In this document: piece after piece, positions 38,781 through 50,393 of the stretch
How the letters are laid out: the number at the start of each line of letters is the position of its first letter
Position numbering within the stretch: position 1 is the first letter of the stretch
Origin: an uncultured bacterium
GTDB lineage: Bacteria > Desulfobacterota_D > UBA1144 > Nemesobacterales > UBA2774
Direction of reading: 5' to 3'
Length of the DNA: 64,000 nt
Assembly: GCA_963705505.1 (NCBI GenBank)
Contig: CAVPJU010000006.1
Span: 160,001-224,000 of the forward strand
Notes under the pieces: generated by a model
The model's database searches: none
What the model was told of the DNA's origin: nothing
What the model saw: the letters and a program-made list of their open reading frames with translations, nothing else
Made by a program: the position numbers and the translations under genes

Positions 38781-38808
38781 AGATTACTGGAACGGACTTT
38801 ATTGTCAA
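38781..38808 (-). promoter_or_regulatory. Sigma-70 promoter of bioBAF
   Basis: Minus strand TTGACA-N16-TAATCT. Confidence 0.5.
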
Positions 38809-39094
38809 CAACACTAGCGATTTCTGAGAATGGTATTATAGTGTTATATAATTATTAATTGAATATGGCTTGAATCGCCGGGAAGTATTAGAAAGGGTGA
38901 AGACATTCCATCGCCAATGGTATAAAATATATCCAAGCCTGATCTATGGGTCTTTGAATTCATTCGAATTAAGCCCGCCTGATAGATCTGACTGAGCATG
39001 ATTTTTACGTATGGCCGGCAATAATCGAAAACGTGAACACTAAAAATTTCATAACCATCTCACTCGAGAGTGCCAAACAGGAGGAATCAAGCCA

Positions 39095-39655
39095 ATGGAG
39101 CAAGTACTGACTCTGGAAGAAGCCGCTCAATATCTCAAAGTTGCCAAACCTACTCTATATCGATTGCTTGAAGACGGAAAGATCCCCGCATTCAAGGTCG
39201 GGAACCAGTGGAGATTTACGAAAGAGCTTATCGATAAATGGCTTTGGGATCAGCTGCCAAAGAAAAAGAACGTGCTGGTCGTTGATGATGAAAAGCTTGT
39301 ATCGATGGATCTTAAGAAGATAATTACCTCAGAAGGACATGATGTAATCACTACCCAAAGCGGAATAGACGCGTCGAGGGTAATCGAGGATTCGAACATA
39401 GATTTGGTATTCCTTGACCTCATGCTCCCCGATATATCAGGGGTGGAGGTATTGAAGGAAATTAAAAAGGTTAAAAGCAATTTGCCCGTAGTGATCATTA
39501 CCGGATACCCGGACAGCGAGGTCATGAACAAGGCGCTGGAACTGGGACCGATCTCCGTCCTTAAAAAACCGTTTAGCCGGGAGCAGATTCGGGATTTGTT
39601 GAAAATCCTCCTGGCCCCTACAACGGGCATGGGAAGAGCCAAGGCCAGGGAATAG
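39095..39655 (+). CDS. Excisionase-like HTH_17 DNA-binding domain fused to a receiver domain
   Basis: LTLEEAAQYLKV...TLYRL...KIPAFKVGNQWRF; REC VLVVDD, LVFLDLMLP, ITGY, KPF. Confidence 0.9.
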   Translation: MEQVLTLEEAAQYLKVAKPTLYRLLEDGKIPAFKVGNQWRFTKELIDKWLWDQLPKKKNVLVVDDEKLVSMDLKKIITSEGHDVITTQSGIDASRVIEDSNIDLVFLDLMLPDISGVEVLKEIKKVKSNLPVVIITGYPDSEVMNKALELGPISVLKKPFSREQIRDLLKILLAPTTGMGRAKARE

Positions 39656-39670
39656 GCAGGAGAAGGGGTT

Positions 39671-39693
39671 GGGGGAGGAATAAAGCCTCCCCC
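39671..39693 (+). terminator. GC-rich hairpin after the HTH-REC gene
   Basis: GGGGGAGG-AATAAAG-CCTCCCCC; no U-tract. Confidence 0.4.
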
Positions 39694-39852
39694 CGCGCGG
39701 TCGACCGCATACGGCCGCTATAAGCCATCTGAGACAATAAGCCCCAAGGAAGTGTAATTACAACAAAAAATTATAAATTGAAGTATCAGTCCGCCTCGTT
39801 AATGGCTTATCACCGCAAAATTGGATAGAATTCTCCCAAAGGCAGAGAGGAG

Positions 39853-41337
39853 GTGCTACTATTGACCGCAAGGATAAGAAAATACGGATTATTCATCAAC
39901 GGTAAGGAAGCGGATTCCGTATCCGGGAAAACCTATATCAGAGAAAATCCCGCAACCGAAGTGCCATTTGCGGAAATTGCCGAAGCCGGGAAGGAGGACG
40001 TGGATAATGCGGTGGGAGCAGCGCGGAGCGCTTTTGAAAAATGGTCGAAAGTACCTGTTTCCGAGCGGGTGAGATTGCTCCGCAAAATTGCCGACCTGCT
40101 GGATAAAAACAAAGAACAAATAGCACTGACAAATACGCTCGAAACCGGAAAACCCATCCGGGAAAGCCGCCTCGTGGAAGTCGGAGGCTCCATCAGGACT
40201 CTCGAATATTATACGGGAGCGGCAATGAACCTCAACGGGGAAAGCATGTCGGTATCTGAGCACCAGCTGACCGTAACACTGAGAGAGCCGATCGGCGTTG
40301 TGGCGCAGATAATACCTTGGAATTTCCCGCTTCTTCTCTCTTTCTGGAAAATAGCGCCGGCCCTGGCAGCGGGGTGCACGATAGTGCTGAAGCCCGCCGA
40401 ATATACCCCCTGCGGGATACTGGAAGTCGCCAGGATTTGCTCTGAAGCCGGCCTTCCTGACGGAGTGCTGAACGTTGTGCCGGGCCTGGGTGAAGTCGCG
40501 GGGCAGTCACTTGTCGAGCATCCGGACGTGGGAAAGGTCGCTTTCACCGGATCAACGGAAGTCGGAAAGATAGTGATGAGAACCGCGGCTCAATCGATAA
40601 AACGGGTGTCGCTCGAGCTCGGCGGGAAAGCACCCTGCATAGTATTCGAGGACGCGGAAATAGAGAACACGATAGAGGCTGCGCTAAGAGGCGGGTTCTT
40701 TAACCAGGGGGAGAACTGCACAGCCGTAACACGGCTCCTCCTGCATGAGGATATATATGACAAATTCCTTCCCCCCTTTATAGACAAGGTAAAGAAGATC
40801 AGGATAGGAGACCCGCTCGACGAAGAAACGGAACTCGGCTCATTAATCTCTAAAGAGCATTTCGAGAAGGTTAAATCTTATTTCGCAAAGGGAGTAAAGG
40901 AGGGAGGCCAGCCGCTTCATGGCGGAGGCCGCCCGAAGGAATTAAAAAAAGGCTATTTCTTCGAGCCCACCGTGCTTGCCGACGTAGAGCCGGATTCAAC
41001 AGTAGCGTGCGAAGAAATTTTCGGCCCGATCGTGGCGGTATTGCCTTTTAAAACGGAGGAAGAGGCCGTGAATATGGCCAACGACACCGTTTACGGCCTG
41101 GCCGGAGGTATATGGACGCGGGATATAAAAAGGGCTCTCAGGGTCGCCAAAGCCGTAAAGGCGGGTTATCTCTGGGTAAACACATACGGAGGAATAATCC
41201 CCGAAACCCCGTACGGAGGTCTTAAGCAGAGCGGGATAGGGAAGGAACTCGGTACGGAAGGGCTCAATATGTATCTCGAAACCAAGGCGGTGAATATATT
41301 CATCGGCGATAAGCTCCCGGCGTGGTACAAGGGATAA
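39853..41337 (+). CDS. Aldehyde dehydrogenase
   Basis: IIPWNFP, KPAE, FTGSTEVG, LELGGK, FNQGENC, EEIFGP. Start may be TTG 39862. Confidence 0.95.
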   Translation: MLLLTARIRKYGLFINGKEADSVSGKTYIRENPATEVPFAEIAEAGKEDVDNAVGAARSAFEKWSKVPVSERVRLLRKIADLLDKNKEQIALTNTLETGKPIRESRLVEVGGSIRTLEYYTGAAMNLNGESMSVSEHQLTVTLREPIGVVAQIIPWNFPLLLSFWKIAPALAAGCTIVLKPAEYTPCGILEVARICSEAGLPDGVLNVVPGLGEVAGQSLVEHPDVGKVAFTGSTEVGKIVMRTAAQSIKRVSLELGGKAPCIVFEDAEIENTIEAALRGGFFNQGENCTAVTRLLLHEDIYDKFLPPFIDKVKKIRIGDPLDEETELGSLISKEHFEKVKSYFAKGVKEGGQPLHGGGRPKELKKGYFFEPTVLADVEPDSTVACEEIFGPIVAVLPFKTEEEAVNMANDTVYGLAGGIWTRDIKRALRVAKAVKAGYLWVNTYGGIIPETPYGGLKQSGIGKELGTEGLNMYLETKAVNIFIGDKLPAWYKG

Positions 41338-41470
41338 ATTCCGTCTCTAACTGCCCGCCGCATAACCCGACAAGCCCGTCAGGCCCAGTCTAAACCCTAA
41401 AGACGGGCCGGATTATCTCCGACGCGCCCCGGAGACTAAATGATAAAGTTTTTAAAATTTGGGAATCCGG

Positions 41471-42955
41471 CTAGGGGAGATTCGTATAGCCCATCAAATA
41501 CCGGTCGCACTCCCTGGCAGCCTGGCGCCCTTCATTGATCGCCCACACTACGAGGCTCTGGCCGCGTCTTGCATCCCCTGCGGCGAATACGCCTTCTATA
41601 TTGGTCTTATACTTTCCGTACTCGGCCTTCGCGTTCGAGCGTTCGTCGCGCGCGATTTTAAGCTGGTCGAGGAGGCTGTCTTCGGGCCCCAGGAAGCCGA
41701 GCGCCAGAAGCACCAGTTGAGCCGGCCAGACCTTTTCAGTCCCGGTCATCTCCCGGAAAGAGGTTCGGCCATTGTCCCCCATATGCCATTCTATCTGAAT
41801 AGTATGCAATTCTTTCAAATTCCCCCGCTTGTCCCCGACGAATTTCGTCGTCAGAACCTGGTACCTTCTGGGGTCCTCTCCGAATACGGCCATAGCCTCT
41901 TCCTGGCCGTAGCTGAGCGTATATACCTTCGGCCATTGAGGCCAGGGGTTGTCGGGAGCGCGCTCATGGGGCGGCCTGGGCAGTATCTCGAACTGGAGGA
42001 GGCTCCTGCATCCGTGCCGCATCGAAGTCGCGACGCAGTCGGTCCCCGTATCTCCGCCGCCGAGAACGATCACGTCTTTATCCTTCGCGGATATGAATTT
42101 CCCGTCCTTAAGATTGCTGTCAAGCAGGCTCTTCGTATTGGCCTTAAGGAATTCCATGGCGAAATGTATACCCTTAAGCTCCCTCCCCTCGACGGGCAGA
42201 TCGCGGGGCTTGGTCGCCCCCGTACAGATTACGACGGCGTCAAATTCCTTGAGGAGCTTCTCGGCCGGATAGTCCTTCCCTATCTCCGTATTCGTAACGA
42301 ACTTAACCCCCTCTTCCGACATGAGCCTGACCCTCCTCTCGACCACATACTTGTCGAGGTGGGGGTTGGGGATGCCGTACATCAGGAGTCCCCCGACCCT
42401 GTCGTCCCTCTCGAATACGGTAACCCGATGGCCGGCTTTATTCAGCTGCGCGGCGCATGCGAGGCCCGCGGGTCCCGACCCGATCACCGCTGCCTTTTTC
42501 CCGGTCCGTGTCTCGGGTATCTCCGGAGCTACCCACCCCTCTTCAAACCCCTTGTCTATAATCGTGCATTCGATTGTTTTAATCGTTACGGGAGGCTCGT
42601 TTATGCCCAGCACGCAGGACCCCTCACACGGCGCGGGGCATATCCTCCCGGTGAATTCCGGAAAATTATTCGTCTTATGGAGACGCTCCAAAGCCTCCCT
42701 CCAGAGCCCTTTGTAAACCAGATCGTTCCATTCCGGTATGAGGTTATTTACGGGACAGCCCGAAGTCAGACCGCCGATAATCTGCCCCGTCTGGCAGAAT
42801 GGAATGCCGCAGTCCATGCATCTTGACCCCTGAACTTTGAGCTTTTCATCCGGAAGGTGTTTGTGAAATTCCTTCCAGTCCTTAATGCGTTCTGAAGGCG
42901 AACGGTCGGGCTCAAGCTCTCTATCGTGCTCCATAAAACCAGTAGGGTCACCCAT
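41471..42955 (-). CDS. gltD: Glutamate synthase small subunit
   Basis: [54 protein letters not shown]. Confidence 0.97.
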   Translation of the reverse strand: MGDPTGFMEHDRELEPDRSPSERIKDWKEFHKHLPDEKLKVQGSRCMDCGIPFCQTGQIIGGLTSGCPVNNLIPEWNDLVYKGLWREALERLHKTNNFPEFTGRICPAPCEGSCVLGINEPPVTIKTIECTIIDKGFEEGWVAPEIPETRTGKKAAVIGSGPAGLACAAQLNKAGHRVTVFERDDRVGGLLMYGIPNPHLDKYVVERRVRLMSEEGVKFVTNTEIGKDYPAEKLLKEFDAVVICTGATKPRDLPVEGRELKGIHFAMEFLKANTKSLLDSNLKDGKFISAKDKDVIVLGGGDTGTDCVATSMRHGCRSLLQFEILPRPPHERAPDNPWPQWPKVYTLSYGQEEAMAVFGEDPRRYQVLTTKFVGDKRGNLKELHTIQIEWHMGDNGRTSFREMTGTEKVWPAQLVLLALGFLGPEDSLLDQLKIARDERSNAKAEYGKYKTNIEGVFAAGDARRGQSLVVWAINEGRQAARECDRYLMGYTNLP

Positions 42956-43028
42956 TAAACTTCCTCCAGTAAAAGTTCGATACGATTATACCGGATATTG
43001 AATTAATTTGTTCGAGAATCAGGGAGAA

Positions 43029-46000
43029 CTAATTACCGCTTACGCGGGCCAAGTCTCTTTTGTTTTCTTCAAACGCAGCCATAAGAGCTTCGTCCCCGCT
43101 GAGGCCGGTTTTTTGGACTTTCTGTATCGCTTCCAGCATTCTCTTGTAATCCTTTGGCATAACTTTAACGAATTTGTCGGACAGATTCCCCCAGCGCGCG
43201 AGTATGTCCCAACCCTTGTCACTGTGGGTGTACTCGACATGACGCTTTATCATGTCTTTGACTTCCTCGATATCCGCATCGTCGAGCTTTTCGAGACTCA
43301 CCATATCCTTATTGCATCTGATCGGGAAGTCGCCTTTTTCATCGAGGACATATGCTATTCCTCCCGACATCCCCGCAGCGAAATTCCGGCCTGTGGAACC
43401 GAGCACCAGAACACGGCCTCCGGTCATGTATTCGCAGGCGTGATCCCCGACGCCCTCCACCACGGCGCGGACTCCGCTGTTTCTGACACAGAAACGCTCG
43501 CCCGCCATACCTTTGACGTATGCTTCCCCTCCGGTAGCGCCGTAAAATGCCACGTTCCCGATGATAATATTTTCCTCGGGTTTAAATGTCGATCCCTTGG
43601 GGGGATATACGATAATTTTGCCGCCCGAAAGACCCTTGCCGATATAATCGTTCGAATCGCCCTCGAGAATAAGGGTGATGGCCTTGGGGATAAATGCGCC
43701 GAAGCTCTGTCCCGCGGAACCGTTGAAGTGAAGCCTGACGGTGTCCTGAGAAAGGCCTTCCGGACCATAACGCCTCGTGAGCTCGCTTCCCAATATAGTC
43801 CCTACGGTCCTGTTCACGTTCCTTATCGGCAGAATCGCCTCCACATGCTCGCCTGACTCAAGCGCGGGCTTGCATATCTCGAGGAGGACCTTATTATCGA
43901 GAGCCTCACGGAGGCCGTGGTCCTGTTCGATCTGACAGTACCTTCCCCAGTCGGCAGGCACATCGGGCTGGAACAGAACCTCCGAGAGGTCGACGCCCCT
44001 TGCCTTCCAGTGATCTATAACTTCTTTCATCTCCAGCTTGTCGGTTCTTCCTATCATTTCGCTTACAGTTCTGAAACCGAGCTGGGCCATCAGCTCCCTC
44101 ACTTCCTCGGCAATGAAACGCATGAAATTCACTACGTGCGCGGGATCTCCCGCAAACTTTTTACGGAGCTCCGGGTTCTGTGTGGCGACTCCGACGGGGC
44201 AGGTGTCAAGGTGACAGACCCTCATCATAATACATCCGAGAACGATCAACGGGGCCGTGGAGAAACCGAATTCTTCCGCTCCCAGAAGGGCGGCGATGAC
44301 TACATCGCGTCCGGTCTTCATCTGACCGTCCGTCTCCAGGACTACCCTGCTCCTGAGGTTATTGACCAGAAGTGTCTGGTGCGTCTCGGCGAGTCCGAGC
44401 TCCCACGGAAGACCCGCGTGCTGAATGCTCGTCTGAGGGGACGCGCCGGTACCGCCGTCGTATCCGCTTATGAGAATCACGTCCGCATGCCCCTTCGCAA
44501 CCCCGGCGGCGATAGTGCCGACGCCAACTTCAGACACAAGTTTCACGTTTATCCGAGCCCTCTGATTTGCGTTTTTAAGATCGTGGATAAGCTCGGCCAA
44601 GTCCTCGATCGAATATATGTCGTGATGGGGCGGCGGCGATATCAAGCCTACGCCCGGCGTTGAAAGCCTTACCTTCGCAATCCAGGGATATACTTTCTTT
44701 CCGGGAAGCTGGCCGCCCTCGCCCGGTTTTGCGCCCTGAGCGATCTTTATTTGAATTTCTTCGGCGGTAACGAGATACTCGCTCGTCACTCCGAACCTTC
44801 CGGAAGCCACCTGTTTGATCGCGCTCTTTCTCGAATCCCCGTTCGCATCGGGAATATAGCGTCTGGGGTCTTCTCCGCCCTCGCCGGTATTACTCTTTCC
44901 CCCGATCCTGTTCATGGCGATAGCCAGGCTCTCGTGCGCCTCGAGACTTATTGCGCCGTAAGACATAGCTCCCGTTTTAAAGCGCCTGCAAATCGATTCT
45001 GCGGATTCGACTTCGTCGATATCTATAGGCTCGGGCTCGACTCTCAACTCCAGGAGCCCTCTCAGTGTGTGGAGCTGCTTTGACTGGTCGTTCACGAGGC
45101 CCGAGAATTTCTTGAAGCTCTCGTAACTTCCGGTACGGCAGGCATTCTGAAGCATGTGCACGGACCTGGGGTTAAATGCGTGATGCTCCCCCTCGGGGCG
45201 CCATTGATAAATGCCGCCCACATCGAGCGTCTCGGGCTCGACTTCGCGGTCGGGAAACGCTTTTTCATGCCTCATCCTGATCTCGTCCGTGATTATTTCT
45301 ATCCCGGCGCCTTTGATCCTGGTCGGGGTCCATGTGAAGTATTTATCCACGAACTCGTGGTTGAGACCAATGGCCTCGAAGATTTGGGCGCCGTGATAAC
45401 TCTGAACGGCAGATATGCCTATCTTAGACATCGTTTTCACAACACCCTTAACAACGCTCTTGATATAGTTCTTTATCGCAGTCTTTTTATCGACGCTCTT
45501 CAGCATTCCCTGCTCGATCATGTCCTCTATCGATTCGTAAGCGAGATAGGGGTTGACCGCACTCACACCGTAACCTATAAGGAGTGCGAAATGATGTACC
45601 TCGCGGGGATCCCCCGATTCGAGAATCAACGCGACTTTAAGCCTGTTCCCGTTCCTTATAAGGTGGTGGTGCAGCCCCGAGGAAGCAAGAAGCGAGGGTA
45701 TGGGGGCGTTATGCGCATCGAAACCCCTGTCGGACAGAATCAAGAGGCTAGCCCCTTCCTCGATTGCCTCATCGGCCTTTGTGAATAGATCCTTCAACGC
45801 ATCCTCAAGACCGTCGCTACCCTCGGCGATATTAAAGAGAATGGGCAGCGTTACGGATTTAAATGTGCCGTTGTCGATCCCCCTTATACGCTCGAGCTGC
45901 TCGTTCGTAAGGATTGGGCTGTCGAGCTTTATCAGGCGGCAGCTCTCGGGCCGGGGGTCGAGTATGTTGCCTTCAGGACCTATGGTCACCTCAGTCGCGG

Positions 46001-47636
46001 TAATGAGCTCCTCGCGGATGGCGTCTATCGGGGGGTTGGTTACCTGAGCGAAAAGCTGTTTGAAATATTCGAAAAGAAGCCTCGGTTTGTTCGAAAGGAC
46101 TGCTACCGGGGTATCTTTTCCCATAGACCCGACCGGCTCGACGCCGTTCTCGGCCATCGGTCCGATAATTATTCTCATGTCCTCGAAGGTGTAACCGAAC
46201 ACCCTCTGTCTTTGAATCATGGCTTCGTGGTCGTATTCTTTGGCTTCCGTTATATCATCAGAAAGCGGTATGTCGGAGAGGCTGACGAGGTTTTGGTTGA
46301 GCCACTCCCTGTAAGGCTTTTCCTGAGCGAGCCTGTTTTTTATCTCGTCGTCGCCCACGATACGTCCTTCAACCGTATCGATCAGGAACATCCTTCCGGG
46401 CTGAAGCCTTCCTTTCCGTAAAACCATATCGGCCGGGACGTCCAGCACCCCGACTTCGGAGCCCATTATTACGAGATCGTCTTTCGTTACGTAATAGCGG
46501 GATGGCCTGAGCCCGTTCCTGTCGAGAACCGCGCCCACCTTGAAACCGTCCGTAAAGGCGATCGATGCCGGCCCGTCCCATGGTTCCATGAGGCAGCTGT
46601 GATATTCGTAAAAAGCCTTCTTCTCGTCGCTCATCGTTTCGTGATTAGACCAGGGCTCCGGGATCATCATCATGATCGAATGTTCTATCGGGCGTCCGGA
46701 GAGCGTCAGGAACTCGACGCAGTTATCGAAATTGGCGGAATCGCTTCCGTCGGGCTGTATTATCGGGAAGAGCTTTTCAAGCTCCTGACCGAAAAGGTCG
46801 GAAGAAAGCACGGCTTCCCGCGCATGCATCCAGTTGATGTTCCCCCTGAGAGTATTTATCTCGCCGTTGTGGATTATATAACGGTAGGGATGAGCCCGGT
46901 CCCAGCTGGGGAACGTATTCGTGCTGAAACGGGAGTGGACAAGGGCTATAGCGGATTCCATGTCCTCGTCGCTGAGATCGGGATAGTATTCCTCGAGCTG
47001 CCAGGTCGTGAGCATCCCCTTGTACACGAAAGTCTTATATGAGAGGCTCGGCACATAGAAGTACTCGCCCCCCTGCATGCCCGAGAATCTTATTTCGTTT
47101 TCAGCGCGCCTCCTTACGACGTAGAGCTTGCGCTCAAAAGCCGCGTCGTCCGTTAAGTCGGGACTACGGGCAATGAAGACCTGCTTCATATAGGGCTCAC
47201 CCTTGACCGCGGTGAAGCCCAGCGAGGAATTATTGGTCGGGATATCCCGCCACCCGAGGACGGAGAGCCCTTCTTCGTTTATTATTCTCTCAAACGCCTT
47301 TATACACTCCTTTCTCTCGGAGGATTTGGGCGTGAGAAAAACCGCTCCGCTCGCATAAAATTTATACGGAGGCAGCGCGATACCGGCCTCCCGGCCCACC
47401 TTTTCAAAAAACCTATGGGGGGTTTGCATGAGGATTCCCGCGCCGTCGCCGGTATTCGCTTCGCACCCGCATGCGCCCCTGTGCTGCAGATTCCGGAGAA
47501 TAGTCAGGGCGTTTTTTATTATGCTGTGCGATTTTTTACCTTTGATGTTTACAACAAACCCTATACCGCATGAATCGTGCTCGAATTGCGGATCGTAAAG
47601 ACCCTGTTTTTTCGGATATCCCACGGGCTTCATCAA
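43029..47636 (-). CDS. gltB: Glutamate synthase large subunit
   Basis: [58 protein letters not shown]-terminus. Confidence 0.98.
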   Translation of the reverse strand: MMKPVGYPKKQGLYDPQFEHDSCGIGFVVNIKGKKSHSIIKNALTILRNLQHRGACGCEANTGDGAGILMQTPHRFFEKVGREAGIALPPYKFYASGAVFLTPKSSERKECIKAFERIINEEGLSVLGWRDIPTNNSSLGFTAVKGEPYMKQVFIARSPDLTDDAAFERKLYVVRRRAENEIRFSGMQGGEYFYVPSLSYKTFVYKGMLTTWQLEEYYPDLSDEDMESAIALVHSRFSTNTFPSWDRAHPYRYIIHNGEINTLRGNINWMHAREAVLSSDLFGQELEKLFPIIQPDGSDSANFDNCVEFLTLSGRPIEHSIMMMIPEPWSNHETMSDEKKAFYEYHSCLMEPWDGPASIAFTDGFKVGAVLDRNGLRPSRYYVTKDDLVIMGSEVGVLDVPADMVLRKGRLQPGRMFLIDTVEGRIVGDDEIKNRLAQEKPYREWLNQNLVSLSDIPLSDDITEAKEYDHEAMIQRQRVFGYTFEDMRIIIGPMAENGVEPVGSMGKDTPVAVLSNKPRLLFEYFKQLFAQVTNPPIDAIREELITATEVTIGPEGNILDPRPESCRLIKLDSPILTNEQLERIRGIDNGTFKSVTLPILFNIAEGSDGLEDALKDLFTKADEAIEEGASLLILSDRGFDAHNAPIPSLLASSGLHHHLIRNGNRLKVALILESGDPREVHHFALLIGYGVSAVNPYLAYESIEDMIEQGMLKSVDKKTAIKNYIKSVVKGVVKTMSKIGISAVQSYHGAQIFEAIGLNHEFVDKYFTWTPTRIKGAGIEIITDEIRMRHEKAFPDREVEPETLDVGGIYQWRPEGEHHAFNPRSVHMLQNACRTGSYESFKKFSGLVNDQSKQLHTLRGLLELRVEPEPIDIDEVESAESICRRFKTGAMSYGAISLEAHESLAIAMNRIGGKSNTGEGGEDPRRYIPDANGDSRKSAIKQVASGRFGVTSEYLVTAEEIQIKIAQGAKPGEGGQLPGKKVYPWIAKVRLSTPGVGLISPPPHHDIYSIEDLAELIHDLKNANQRARINVKLVSEVGVGTIAAGVAKGHADVILISGYDGGTGASPQTSIQHAGLPWELGLAETHQTLLVNNLRSRVVLETDGQMKTGRDVVIAALLGAEEFGFSTAPLIVLGCIMMRVCHLDTCPVGVATQNPELRKKFAGDPAHVVNFMRFIAEEVRELMAQLGFRTVSEMIGRTDKLEMKEVIDHWKARGVDLSEVLFQPDVPADWGRYCQIEQDHGLREALDNKVLLEICKPALESGEHVEAILPIRNVNRTVGTILGSELTRRYGPEGLSQDTVRLHFNGSAGQSFGAFIPKAITLILEGDSNDYIGKGLSGGKIIVYPPKGSTFKPEENIIIGNVAFYGATGGEAYVKGMAGERFCVRNSGVRAVVEGVGDHACEYMTGGRVLVLGSTGRNFAAGMSGGIAYVLDEKGDFPIRCNKDMVSLEKLDDADIEEVKDMIKRHVEYTHSDKGWDILARWGNLSDKFVKVMPKDYKRMLEAIQKVQKTGLSGDEALMAAFEENKRDLARVSGN

Positions 47637-47817
47637 AACACCTTCCTGACAGTTCTAATTTAATATGAAATATAAACGAATGAATGCAATTATGGCCGAA
47701 TAACCCTAAATTAATGTTAGATGAAAATTAAGACAAGTCAACCCGGAACGGGCATCAGGAGAATCAGTGGGTGACTGCAGCAAAACAACCTATTCGAAGC
47801 CTATTGAGCAGGCTCGC

Positions 47818-49566
47818 CTACTCTCTGTACAAATTCGTAATGGGGAACCGGCGGTCCTTGCCGAAGGCCCTTGCGGTTATCTTTATTCCCGGGGGGGCTT
47901 GTCTCCGCTTATACTCGTTCCTGTCCACCATTCGTGCCACCTTATTGACGACGGACGCTCCGAACCCGAGAGATACGATGTCGTCGATACTGAGATCGTC
48001 CTCCACGTATGCCTTCAGAATCGGGTCGAGGACATTATAAGGCGGAAGTGTATCCGTGTCGAGCTGGCCCGGCTTGAGCTCGGCGGAAGGGGGCTTCGTC
48101 AAAATTGCGGCAGGGATAACCTCCTTCTTCCTCCACTTATTGTAATAGTTTGAAACCCCGTACACGATCGTCTTGGGCACGTCTTTGATTACCGCGAACC
48201 CTCCGGCCATATCGCCGTAAATCGTACAGTATCCGACGCTCATCTCGCTCTTGTTTCCGGTAGTCAGGACGAGCCACCCGAACTTGTTAGAAAGAGCCAT
48301 GAGTATATTCCCCCTTATACGGGCCTGGAGGTTCTCTTCCGTGGAGTCCTGCTTTAACCCCGCAAAGACTTCCGAAAACATTTCGTTATAAGCGTTGAAC
48401 ACCCTTTCGATCGGGATGTTAATAAGCTTTATCCCCAAGTTTTTCGATAATTTTTCCGAATCCGTAACACTCCCCGGAGAGCTGTACCTGGAGGGCATCG
48501 CGACAGCGACCACATTCTCCTTCCCGAGGGCCTCGACAGCGATAACCGTCACGAGCGCGGAATCGATTCCTCCGCTCAGGCCGACGACAGCCTTCTTAAA
48601 TCCGTTTTTGGTCACATAGTCCCTGGTCCCGAGAACGAGCGCCCTGAAAATTTCTTCTTCGACCGACAAGAAATTTTCTATCCTGTTCTTTACCGCCTTT
48701 ACGGCGGCCCTGCGGGTTTCTTTATCTTTCTTCGTATCTATGACTATTAACTCGGCCTTATCCGAGTGAGCCTTCATAGTCAGCTGCTCTTTTCTTCTTC
48801 TGGGGTCATGCATGCGCGAGCGGAACACGCGGTCTATATTTATATCCGAAACGAGCAGGTCCTCCTCGAACCCCTTGGCCCTTGCCAGAATCTCCCCCCG
48901 CTCTCCGATAATGACGCTGTGGCCGTCAAATACGAGCTCGTCCTGTCCCCCGACGAGGTTGCAGTAAGCGACGACCGCCGAATAGTCCTTAGCCCTCGTA
49001 ACCAGCATCTGTTCTCGGGCCTTAACCTTGGACGAATAATACGGAGAAGAGGAAATATTGATGATTATCTGCGCTCCCCCGAGTATGGACTGCCTCCTCG
49101 TGGGGTCTCCCGGATACCATATGTCCTCGCATATGTTCACGCCGAATACCACGTCCCCGAGCCTGTATACGGGCGCCCGCAGTCCCGACTGAAAATACCT
49201 GTCCTCATCGAAGACGCCGTAGTTGGGGAGGTAATGCTTGCGGTAAATATCTATGAGCTCTTTATTATGGAGGATCGCCGCTGCGTTATAGATATCCTCC
49301 CCGCGGTCGGCAAAACCCAAAACGACAGTCAGCCCTTCCGAGGCCCTTCTCACCTTGTCCACCGCCCTGAGGTTGTCGCTTATGAACCGCGGTTTGAGAA
49401 GAAGGTCCTCCGGGGGATAACCCGTAACCGCAAGCTCCGGGAAGCACAAGATATCCACTCCCAGCGCTCTTGCGTTCTTGGTATATTTGAGGATCTTATC
49501 CAGATTCCCGTCCACATCGCCGACACGCACGTTTATCTGAGCCAGTCCTATCCTTACAGTATCCAT
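47818..49566 (-). CDS. nadE: Glutamine-dependent NAD+ synthetase
   Basis: Nitrilase domain (FPEL, K..LPNYGVFDE, ICEDIW) plus GLSGGIDS, ENLQARIRG, TGNKSE, PPSAEL. Confidence 0.96.
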   Translation of the reverse strand: MDTVRIGLAQINVRVGDVDGNLDKILKYTKNARALGVDILCFPELAVTGYPPEDLLLKPRFISDNLRAVDKVRRASEGLTVVLGFADRGEDIYNAAAILHNKELIDIYRKHYLPNYGVFDEDRYFQSGLRAPVYRLGDVVFGVNICEDIWYPGDPTRRQSILGGAQIIINISSSPYYSSKVKAREQMLVTRAKDYSAVVAYCNLVGGQDELVFDGHSVIIGERGEILARAKGFEEDLLVSDINIDRVFRSRMHDPRRRKEQLTMKAHSDKAELIVIDTKKDKETRRAAVKAVKNRIENFLSVEEEIFRALVLGTRDYVTKNGFKKAVVGLSGGIDSALVTVIAVEALGKENVVAVAMPSRYSSPGSVTDSEKLSKNLGIKLINIPIERVFNAYNEMFSEVFAGLKQDSTEENLQARIRGNILMALSNKFGWLVLTTGNKSEMSVGYCTIYGDMAGGFAVIKDVPKTIVYGVSNYYNKWRKKEVIPAAILTKPPSAELKPGQLDTDTLPPYNVLDPILKAYVEDDLSIDDIVSLGFGASVVNKVARMVDRNEYKRRQAPPGIKITARAFGKDRRFPITNLYRE

Positions 49567-49714
49567 GTAATCACTCTCGTATAAATTATAACACTCTAAG
49601 AAATAAAATAATTACAGTATTTTAACCTATGTCAGGTCAACAGGAAATATGTCGAAAGGGAAATTACACACAAGGGAGCTTTTAATTTAGTTGCTCTGCG
49701 CCGGGTCCTGGTGA

Positions 49715-50326
49715 TTATGATAAAGCGGCGGAGATGTGAACAAGATTGGCAAGAAAGTGGAAAATAACGCTCGCCCAGAGCGTTCCCGTGGTCATATAAA
49801 GATAGCCCATAACAAGGGAAGGAAAGAATGTCAGGACCGCCTGAGAGCACACGGGAAGTCCGTGATCACCCCCCAGACATAATGTGACGAAATGTCCGAG
49901 CGCGAACAGGAGACTTACGGCTATTATTCCCTTTATCGTGTTCCCGAGCCTCTGCTGTAGGTATCCTCTGAAAAAAACCTCTTCCGGGAGAGCCACGAGC
50001 AGGAGCTGCATGAGTATGAACGAATACGAGAGCTTGTTGAACGCGAGCGTCTTTCCGGAATACAGACCGTATCCCGCGAGCACGGCTATATAGATAAGGA
50101 GAATTACGATCGAAACCGCTATACCTACGATCACACCCCTTAAGTCCCACCTGAGGTCGCTCATATCGGTCTTGAGAATAAACGGCACCGACAGCATCAG
50201 AACAGCGGAAAGGGAGATTACGTAAGGCCATGGGATGAACAGCTTCATAAGGAAGATCAGGGATATGAGGGCAATATAAATAATTAATGGTCGCAGGTAG
50301 TTACGATGAATCAGTTCTCTTTCCAT
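49715..50326 (-). CDS. CPBP-family intramembrane glutamic endopeptidase, myxosortase (MrtC/MrtJ)-like
   Basis: ALPEEVFFRGYLQ, SLLFALGH, TFFPSLVMGYL, FHFLAN. Confidence 0.85.
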   Translation of the reverse strand: MERELIHRNYLRPLIIYIALISLIFLMKLFIPWPYVISLSAVLMLSVPFILKTDMSDLRWDLRGVIVGIAVSIVILLIYIAVLAGYGLYSGKTLAFNKLSYSFILMQLLLVALPEEVFFRGYLQQRLGNTIKGIIAVSLLFALGHFVTLCLGGDHGLPVCSQAVLTFFPSLVMGYLYMTTGTLWASVIFHFLANLVHISAALS

Positions 50327-50393
50327 TTAGTGGGTGCCGAAATGCAATATTGAAAAATCTAACGCGTAAAAATACATAACACGGGATATGAGG

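Noticed and set aside
39061..39076. CIRCE element (CACTC..GAGTGCCAA)
   Set aside because: Spacer is 2 nt rather than 9, and the left arm is incomplete.
39095..39260. Excisionase marking an integrated element
   Set aside because: Fused to a receiver domain; no integrase or att repeats seen.
41459..45788. Long plus-strand ORFs (455, 282, 248, 210 aa) opposite gltD/gltB
   Set aside because: Antisense shadows of conserved genes with no recognisable motifs.
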